Source of the DNA: Archangiaceae bacterium | GTDB taxonomy: Bacteria > Myxococcota > Myxococcia > Myxococcales > Myxococcaceae | Assembly: GCA_043750125.1 (NCBI GenBank) | Contig: JAYVCD010000054.1 | Location: 1-20,652 of the forward strand | Reading direction: 5' to 3' | Length of the DNA stretch: 20,652 bases | Shown here: one piece after another, positions 14,720-20,652 of the stretch | How the letters are laid out: each line of letters opens with the position of its first letter | Position numbering within the stretch: the stretch's first letter is position 1 | The notes under the pieces: model-generated | What the model saw: the letters and a program-made list of their open reading frames with translations, nothing else | Told to the model about the DNA's origin: nothing | Database searches by the model: none | Made by a program: the position numbers and the translations under genes

Positions 14720-16327
14720 TCACCCACCCAAGAGGCGCTTGAGGCTCGAGAACAACCCTCCCCCTTCAGCTGCGGTGCGTTCCTCAGTTCGGGGTCGCCG
14801 CGCCATCTCTTCGGCCAGCGCCCGCTTGAGCGTCTCGGGGGTGTCGCGGGTCGACAGCTTCACTTCGCTGGGGTTGCCCACGTCCTCGACGAACACGTGC
14901 AACAGGCACTCTTCATCGAGCTTGAAGTCGACCCGCTTCCCCGCCGCCGATGCGGGGACCTTCACCGTGCCCAGGTACTCGTTGTCGACGATCTGTTCGC
15001 TGTCGCCTTGAAAGATGTCCATCTCGATGAACTGGCCGCCGGGCGTGCTGGGCGGGGGAAGTCGGAAACTCTTCACCGTGGGGATGACGTGGTTCTTTTC
15101 GATGATCTTCCGAAAGCGGCCGCTGGGCAGCGCGTAGCCGATCGGCATCGACAGCGCGTCGATCAACGTCACCGAGTCGATCTGGTCCAGCGAGTCGCCG
15201 AGCAGCGCCGCTCCGAGGGCAACGCACTCGTCAGCGTGAACACCCTTTCGGGCCGGCTTCTTGAAATGGTCTTTGATCGACTGCTGAACCAGCGGCATCC
15301 GGCTCTGCCCGCCGACGAGAATCACCTCGTCGATCAGCGATCGGGCGATGCCCTTCTCGGTGAGCACTTCGTCGCACAGCTCGAAGGTGCGCGCGACCAG
15401 GTCTCCGGTCAGCGTGTTGAGTTGCTCGCGGCTGAGCGGCACGCGCAGATCGAGCGGCTTGCCCTTGCGCTCATCGATGTACGGCAGCTCGATCACCACG
15501 TTGGGGATCAGCGTCAGGTCGATCTTTGCAGCCTCAGCAGCGTTCTTGATGCGCTGCATCGCGATCGGAACCTGAGACAAGTCGATCTTCGTCTCTTTCT
15601 TGAAGGTCTCGAGGACGAAGTCGATGATCCGATTGTCGAAGTCGCTGCCCCCGAGAAACGTGTCACCGCCGGTGGCCAGCACCTCGAACACATTGCCCGT
15701 CACCTGCAGCACGGACACGTCGAATGTGCCGCCGCCGAGGTCATAGACGAGCACCTTTTGATCGAGCCCGCGGTTGAAGCCGTACGCGAGGGCGGCGGCG
15801 GTCGGCTCGTTGACGATTCGCTTCACGTCGAAGCCCGCGAGCAGGCCGGCTTCCTTCACCGCCTGGCGTTGGTTGTCGTTGTAGTAGGCCGGCACTGAGA
15901 TCACCGCCTGGTCCACCGGCCCGCCCAGAAACTGCTCGGCGATCGTCTTCACGTGGCCGAGGACGAAGCTGCTGATCTCGGGCAGCGTGTAGACCCGCCC
16001 GCCGAGGTTCACCGCGGCATTGCCGTCGGGGCCTTCGACGATGTCCCAGGTGTAATAGGACTTCAGGTCCTGAACGATCTTCGAGTCGAACTTGCGCCCG
16101 ATGAGCCGCTTACCGCCGTAGACGGTGTTCTTCGGGTTGGTGACCGCCTGGTCCTTGGCCACGCCGCCGACCAGCATGTCGCCCTTGGCCGAGAGCGCAA
16201 CGACCGAAGGCAGGATCAGGTGCCCGCGATCGGTCGGAACCACCTTCGGGACGCGGTTCTTCACCGACGCGACGAGAGTGTTGGTAGTGCCGAGATCAAT
16301 CCCGACGATGCGCGGCTTTTCCGACAT
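14720..16327 (-). CDS. Hsp70/DnaK-family protein lacking the C-terminal lid (StkA-like), 535 aa
   Basis: [62 protein letters not shown]; shortened substrate-binding domain; ATG at 16327. Confidence 0.93.
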   Translation of the reverse strand: MSEKPRIVGIDLGTTNTLVASVKNRVPKVVPTDRGHLILPSVVALSAKGDMLVGGVAKDQAVTNPKNTVYGGKRLIGRKFDSKIVQDLKSYYTWDIVEGPDGNAAVNLGGRVYTLPEISSFVLGHVKTIAEQFLGGPVDQAVISVPAYYNDNQRQAVKEAGLLAGFDVKRIVNEPTAAALAYGFNRGLDQKVLVYDLGGGTFDVSVLQVTGNVFEVLATGGDTFLGGSDFDNRIIDFVLETFKKETKIDLSQVPIAMQRIKNAAEAAKIDLTLIPNVVIELPYIDERKGKPLDLRVPLSREQLNTLTGDLVARTFELCDEVLTEKGIARSLIDEVILVGGQSRMPLVQQSIKDHFKKPARKGVHADECVALGAALLGDSLDQIDSVTLIDALSMPIGYALPSGRFRKIIEKNHVIPTVKSFRLPPPSTPGGQFIEMDIFQGDSEQIVDNEYLGTVKVPASAAGKRVDFKLDEECLLHVFVEDVGNPSEVKLSTRDTPETLKRALAEEMARRPRTEERTAAEGGGLFSSLKRLLGG

Positions 16328-16379
16328 GAGCCCTTTTCGTAGCACGGGAACACCACGCATCCATGATTGAGTCTGCCGC

Positions 16380-17732
16380 GTGAATTGGATCTTCCTCGTC
16401 TTGATTGGCGTGGCGGTGGTCACCGCGGCGTTCACCGGCAAGATGCTCGCGGTCACCGATGCGAGTACCGGGTCGGCGAAGGCGGCGGTCGAGCTGGCAA
16501 TTGGTCTCGTCGGCCAGATGACGCTCTGGCTTGGCCTGATGGGGGTCGTTCGCGAGGCGGGCCTGATGCGCTCGATCGCCAACGGGCTCAAGCCGCTCAT
16601 GATCCGCTTGTTTCCCGACGTTCCGACCGATCACCCTGCGATGTCGGCGATGATCATGAACTTCGCAGCCAACATCTTGAACCTGGGCAACGCGGCGACT
16701 CCGTTCGGGCTCAAAGCGATGGGCGAGCTCGACAAGCTCAACAAGCACCCCGGCACTGCCAGCAACTCGATGTCGTTGTTCCTGGTCATCAACACCGCGG
16801 GGATCGCGATTCTGCCGTTCAGTGTGGTCGCGATCCGCGGAATGCTGGGCTCGAAGGACCCCGCGGGGATCATCATCCCTTCGATCATCAGCACCGCGGT
16901 CTCGACGGTCGTCGCGGTGCTGATCTGCAAGTGGATGCAGGGCTGGAAATTCTTCTCGGTCGAGAAGGCGGTCGGCTCGAAGGTCGCCGCGGAAGCTGTG
17001 CAGGTTGCGCCCGAAGTTGACGCGGCGGCGATGAACGAGGCGGTCGCGGCGGCGGCTCCGGTGGCCTCTGCCTCGGGAGCGCGGCTGTGGGTCATTGTCG
17101 CGGTGCTCGCCGCGGTGATGTGCGCCGCCTACCGCCACTTCAGCCAGGTGCTCAACCACTTCGCGTGGGCCAACCCCGGTTGGCACCTGCTCGAGCTGCT
17201 GCGACTGATGTCCAGCCACTGGGTGTTGCCGATCTTGATCCTCGGGATCCTGCTGTTTGGAATGGGCCGCCGGGTCAGGGTCTACGAGGCCTTCATCACC
17301 GCTGCGAAGGAAGGCTTCTCGGTCGCGATCTCCATCATCCCCTTCCTGGTGGCGATCCTCGTCGCGGTCGGGATGTTCCGGGCCTCAGGAGCGATGGAAG
17401 CCATCACCTCGACCCTCGGCCCGTGGACGGCGAGGTTGGGGTTTCCCGCCGAAGCGCTGCCGATGGCGCTGATGCGGCCCTTGTCCGGGCAAGGGTCGCT
17501 GGGGGTGATGCTCGATACGATGAAGACCCACGGCCCCGACTCGTTCGTCGGCTACCTGGTGAGCCTCATCAATGGAAGCTCAGAGACGACATTCTACGTG
17601 CTCGCGCTCTACTTCGGTGCGGTGCAGGTCAAGGCGGTGCGCCACACCCTGGCGGCCTGTTTGGTCGCCGATGCGGTCGGGTTGGTGATCACCCTGATCT
17701 TGTGCCGGCTGTTCTTCGGCTCAGTTCTGTAG
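16380..17732 (+). CDS. Fused SpmA/SpmB spore-maturation-family membrane protein (nucleoside-recognition gate domains)
   Basis: MNWIF...LWLGLM...LFPDVPTDHPA...ANILNLGNAATPFGLKAM (SpmA); VYEAFITAAKEGF...MRPLSG...GSSETTFYVLALYFGAV (SpmB). Confidence 0.92.
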   Translation: MNWIFLVLIGVAVVTAAFTGKMLAVTDASTGSAKAAVELAIGLVGQMTLWLGLMGVVREAGLMRSIANGLKPLMIRLFPDVPTDHPAMSAMIMNFAANILNLGNAATPFGLKAMGELDKLNKHPGTASNSMSLFLVINTAGIAILPFSVVAIRGMLGSKDPAGIIIPSIISTAVSTVVAVLICKWMQGWKFFSVEKAVGSKVAAEAVQVAPEVDAAAMNEAVAAAAPVASASGARLWVIVAVLAAVMCAAYRHFSQVLNHFAWANPGWHLLELLRLMSSHWVLPILILGILLFGMGRRVRVYEAFITAAKEGFSVAISIIPFLVAILVAVGMFRASGAMEAITSTLGPWTARLGFPAEALPMALMRPLSGQGSLGVMLDTMKTHGPDSFVGYLVSLINGSSETTFYVLALYFGAVQVKAVRHTLAACLVADAVGLVITLILCRLFFGSVL

Positions 17733-19370
17733 GGCGGTTCGAATCTCGGGCGACGGCTCGCGCTGCAGCGCCAGCTCTTTGACCAGGCTTGCGACCTTCG
17801 AGGCCTTCAACGGCAGCTCTTTGAGGCTGCTCAACCGCTGCACTTCACCCGCCCGCAGCCGCTCTCGCACCGATTGATCGCCGCAGCGCTTGGCGAGCGC
17901 ATCGGACTCGAGCAGCTTGAGCTCGGCGTCACGCAGCCGCGCCTCGGCAATGTTCACCGCGTCGGTGGCGCGCCGTTGAAACTCGACCACGTCGTCAGGG
18001 AAATCGGTTTTCTGGGCTGCAACTTCGGCGATCACGTCGCGCGCATACCTTCCCAATTCGACTGCGGCGCACATCTGCCGCGCGATGCTCAGCGCTCCCC
18101 CGCCCTCGACGACCTGCTGTACCGACGCGACCTGCTGGGTCCAGACCGACAGCTGCCGAGCGGTCACGGCCGCAGAGTAGGGCTGGTGGCGCTCGCGGCG
18201 AATCTGCGCCCAGCGCCGCAGCACGATGGGATCTGGAGCGGCGGGATCAAACGCGCGCTGGTACTCGCTGGCGGCCTTGTCGAGCCGTCCGGAGAGATCG
18301 AGCAGCACTCCGATGGTCAGGTACAGCTGGGCATCGGAAGCGTTCGCGCGCGCCGCTTCGACCCGAAGCTCGACTTCGTACTCGGCCACGGGCCTGGGCA
18401 GCGCCTTGAGCAGTTTCCCCAGGCTCTCGAAGGCGCGCTGGCGGACCAGAGGGTTGCGCGCGGTCCGGAAGGTCTCGAGCAGCGGGTCGAGCGCGCGAAT
18501 GCTGACGTGCTCGCCGAGCTCTTCGGCGGCCTGCCAGCGTTCGAGCGGGTCGGGAGCCCCGAGGGACTTCACCACGTCGTCGAAGCTGCGCAGGTAAAAG
18601 CCCGGAAGCGCGCGTTGCACCGCCTCGTCATGGCTGTTCCCGGCCGTCTCGAGCAGCGCGGCGCGCTTCATCCGTTCCAGCAGGTTGGGGACCTTCGGAG
18701 CCAGGGGCGCTTTTGCGACCAGCGCCTTCGCTTCGCCCAGCAGGCCCGAGACCAGCAGCCCCTGCAGCTGCGAATCGAGCAGCTTCACGCGCACCTCGTC
18801 GCGGTGGGCTCCGGCGGGGTAATCGCGAAGGTAGGCAAACCATTCGGAGGCGCCGTGAGCGCTCGAGAACGCTTTGTCGTCGAGCTGCTGCCCGGCTTGA
18901 GAGCCGCGGGCGTCATCGGGGTGGGCGGCCGCGATTGCCCGTAGGGCTTCGGCGTCTTCGAGCCCGGTCAGCTCTTTGAGCTCGGCGGCGCGCAGCAGGG
19001 AATCGGCCTGGTCCGCGTGAGCCCCGTCGGGGTGATCCCGAAGAAATTGGCGCAGCGCCTGGGGGGTGGCTTTCGTCTGGGCGGCGTTGAAGCGCAACCC
19101 TTCCAGCAGGGCGCGCGCGGCAAGCGCCCGGGTCGAGTCGGGAAACTCGTCGAGGAAACGCTTGTAGGCGACGACGGTATGAACCTTCTGCGCCTGCTCG
19201 AACTCGAGCTGGGCCAGCGATTCGTTGGCCGGCTCACGGTTCTCATCGTCGGGATGTTTCTGAATGAAGGCTCGCCACCCAGCGATGGTGTCCGTCTTGT
19301 TGGCCGAGGAAAAAGCCGCATCTCGGCACCCACTCGACAGCAGCAAAACGACGGGCCAGATTCGAAGCAC
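17721..19370 (-). CDS. HEAT/TPR-repeat putative lipoprotein (549 aa)
   Basis: GTG start MLRIWPVVLLLSSGC (lipobox); repeated Y/W..FL..(H/F/Y)P.G.....A units; HEAT pair DPLERWQAAEELG...PLVRQRAFESLG; TPR-like LDKAASEYQRA. Confidence 0.82.
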   Translation of the reverse strand: MLRIWPVVLLLSSGCRDAAFSSANKTDTIAGWRAFIQKHPDDENREPANESLAQLEFEQAQKVHTVVAYKRFLDEFPDSTRALAARALLEGLRFNAAQTKATPQALRQFLRDHPDGAHADQADSLLRAAELKELTGLEDAEALRAIAAAHPDDARGSQAGQQLDDKAFSSAHGASEWFAYLRDYPAGAHRDEVRVKLLDSQLQGLLVSGLLGEAKALVAKAPLAPKVPNLLERMKRAALLETAGNSHDEAVQRALPGFYLRSFDDVVKSLGAPDPLERWQAAEELGEHVSIRALDPLLETFRTARNPLVRQRAFESLGKLLKALPRPVAEYEVELRVEAARANASDAQLYLTIGVLLDLSGRLDKAASEYQRAFDPAAPDPIVLRRWAQIRRERHQPYSAAVTARQLSVWTQQVASVQQVVEGGGALSIARQMCAAVELGRYARDVIAEVAAQKTDFPDDVVEFQRRATDAVNIAEARLRDAELKLLESDALAKRCGDQSVRERLRAGEVQRLSSLKELPLKASKVASLVKELALQREPSPEIRTALQN

Positions 19371-19451
19371 GTGCTCCGTATAACAACAAACCTCGTTGCC
19401 CCGACGGGCCTGAATTTTGACTGGGGACCTCAGTCGGCCCACCCTGTGACG

Positions 19452-20207
19452 ATGCTCGGGGCTCACAGGTCGAAGTCGGTGTGGGCGGGCGCGGTGGCGG
19501 CGCTGGTGCTCACCGGTTGTGCGACGGGCGCTCCAGTGGGTGGGCGCGGCTTCGCAGCGGACAATGGGTACCGGGCGTTCGCGCGGGCGTCGTCGGCGAG
19601 GGGGACTCCGGCAGTCCAAAATGCCGAGGATGCGCCGGCCGTGGCGCTTCGGGTGCCGCCGGGCGCGCGCGACACCGCGGTGCAGTTGGCGCAGAGCCTG
19701 GTGGGGAAGAGCGCGATTGTGTTGGGTGGAAAAAAATACCGCGATGACTGCACCGGGTTGATTCGCGGCGTCTATGCGCAGCTGGGCGTGGACTTGATGG
19801 GGGGTGGGGAGCCCGGCGACAACGGCGTCACTGCGATCTGGCGTTACGCCGCGACGCACGGCCGGCTGTTCGAGGGCGGTCGTCCGGTGCCGGGCGACCT
19901 CGTCTTCTTCCGCGAGACCTATGACCTGAACCACGACGGGCACGTGAACGACGGGCTGACCCACATCGGGCTGGTCGAGAAAGTGGGCGAGGACGGAACG
20001 GTCCTGGTCATTCACCGGGTGGCTCGCGGCGTCGTTCGCTACAAAATGAACCTTCAGTTTCGCGACTCGGCGGTCAATTCCAGCGGTCGGTCGGTCAACG
20101 ACTACCTGCGGGTCGCAAGGTCGCAGCAGAAACCGCAGCTGACCGCGCAGCTGTTCGCGGGGTACGCGACGCTGTTGCCAATCGAGTCCCGACTGGCCAA
20201 CCGCTGA
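19452..20207 (+). CDS. NlpC/P60-CHAP family lipoprotein (putative peptidoglycan hydrolase)
   Basis: Lipobox LVLTGC; DCTGLIRGVY (catalytic Cys), PGDLVFF, THIGLV (catalytic His). Confidence 0.88.
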   Translation: MLGAHRSKSVWAGAVAALVLTGCATGAPVGGRGFAADNGYRAFARASSARGTPAVQNAEDAPAVALRVPPGARDTAVQLAQSLVGKSAIVLGGKKYRDDCTGLIRGVYAQLGVDLMGGGEPGDNGVTAIWRYAATHGRLFEGGRPVPGDLVFFRETYDLNHDGHVNDGLTHIGLVEKVGEDGTVLVIHRVARGVVRYKMNLQFRDSAVNSSGRSVNDYLRVARSQQKPQLTAQLFAGYATLLPIESRLANR

Positions 20208-20213
20208 CGAGCG

Positions 20214-20651
20214 CTACGGCGGCGTCTTGTCTTTGTCCTTCGCGGTTTTTTCCGCTTTGACCTTCTTCACCCAGGCGGTCAGCTCGTTTGCGATGTCGTG
20301 CTGCGGCTTGAGCGCGCTGACGGTTTGCAGCTCGGCCTCAGCCTCGTCGTACAGCTTGGCCTGAAGATCGAGCCGCGCCAGAAGGACATAAGTCCGAAAG
20401 AAGGTGGGATCGCGCTCGTGCAGTGCGGTCAGCTGCTGTCGGGCCGCTTCGATCAGGTCCGGAGACGCTCGGGTGTTGGCGGCATATTCGGCGTCCACCA
20501 GCTCGATCCACCCGTCTGATTTGCCTTCAGACTTCGATTGGTAGCGCTTGGTCAGCTTGAGTGCTTCGTCGGTGCCGCCGTACGCGTGGAACAGGGCCTG
20601 GGCTCGAATCAGGGCCAGCTCGGCTTGCCGGTTGAGCGTGCCTCCCTGGGT
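20214..20651 (-). CDS. C-terminal part of a TPR-containing protein (5' end outside the window)
   Basis: Frame open to the window edge; TPR-like FRTYVLLARLDLQAKLYDEAEAELQTVSALKPQH. Confidence 0.75.
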   Translation of the reverse strand, partial: TQGGTLNRQAELALIRAQALFHAYGGTDEALKLTKRYQSKSEGKSDGWIELVDAEYAANTRASPDLIEAARQQLTALHERDPTFFRTYVLLARLDLQAKLYDEAEAELQTVSALKPQHDIANELTAWVKKVKAEKTAKDKDKTPP

Positions 20652-20652
20652 T

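Noticed and set aside
14666-15898. 410-aa plus-strand ORF
   Set aside because: Antisense ORFs opposite dnaK-family genes are a well-known artefact
16328-16600. N-terminal extension of Hsp70 (626 aa in the track)
   Set aside because: Antisense to spmAB; the Hsp70 motif begins just after ATG 16327
19017-20015. Mutually overlapping 5' extensions of the HEAT (to 20015) and CHAP (from 19017) ORFs, and the 17874..18944 ORF
   Set aside because: Antisense read-through; lipoprotein signal peptides define starts at 19370 and 19452
1-20652. CRISPR array, IS/transposase, intact integrase, rRNA
   Set aside because: No regularly spaced repeats, terminal inverted repeats or recognisable motifs were seen

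Overview
GC-rich bacterial chromosome segment, most likely Myxococcota (judged from DAG-repeat Cys-rich lipoproteins and an StkA-like Hsp70 locus). Left arm (1-9280): housekeeping and envelope genes (SPOR protein, mnmA, CCA-type nucleotidyltransferase, DUF4124 protein, Tat-type Fe/Mn SOD, MMPL transporter), a decayed GGDEF gene, and a DnaA-box-like cluster between mnmA and cca. Centre (~9500-14245): a visibly less GC-rich accessory block downstream of tRNA-Val(CAC). It carries a rearranged stressosome operon (rsbS - N-terminally extended rsbT - rsbX - HAMP-like/STAS rsbR - an unknown 246-aa protein) with no recognisable output gene, plus a frameshifted cytochrome c lipoprotein pseudogene that the ORF track does not show as a single gene. 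Right arm: small StkC-like protein, lid-less Hsp70 (StkA-like), fused SpmA/SpmB, HEAT/TPR lipoprotein, NlpC/P60-CHAP lipoprotein and a partial TPR gene. All family calls come from motif recognition by eye; no searches were run.
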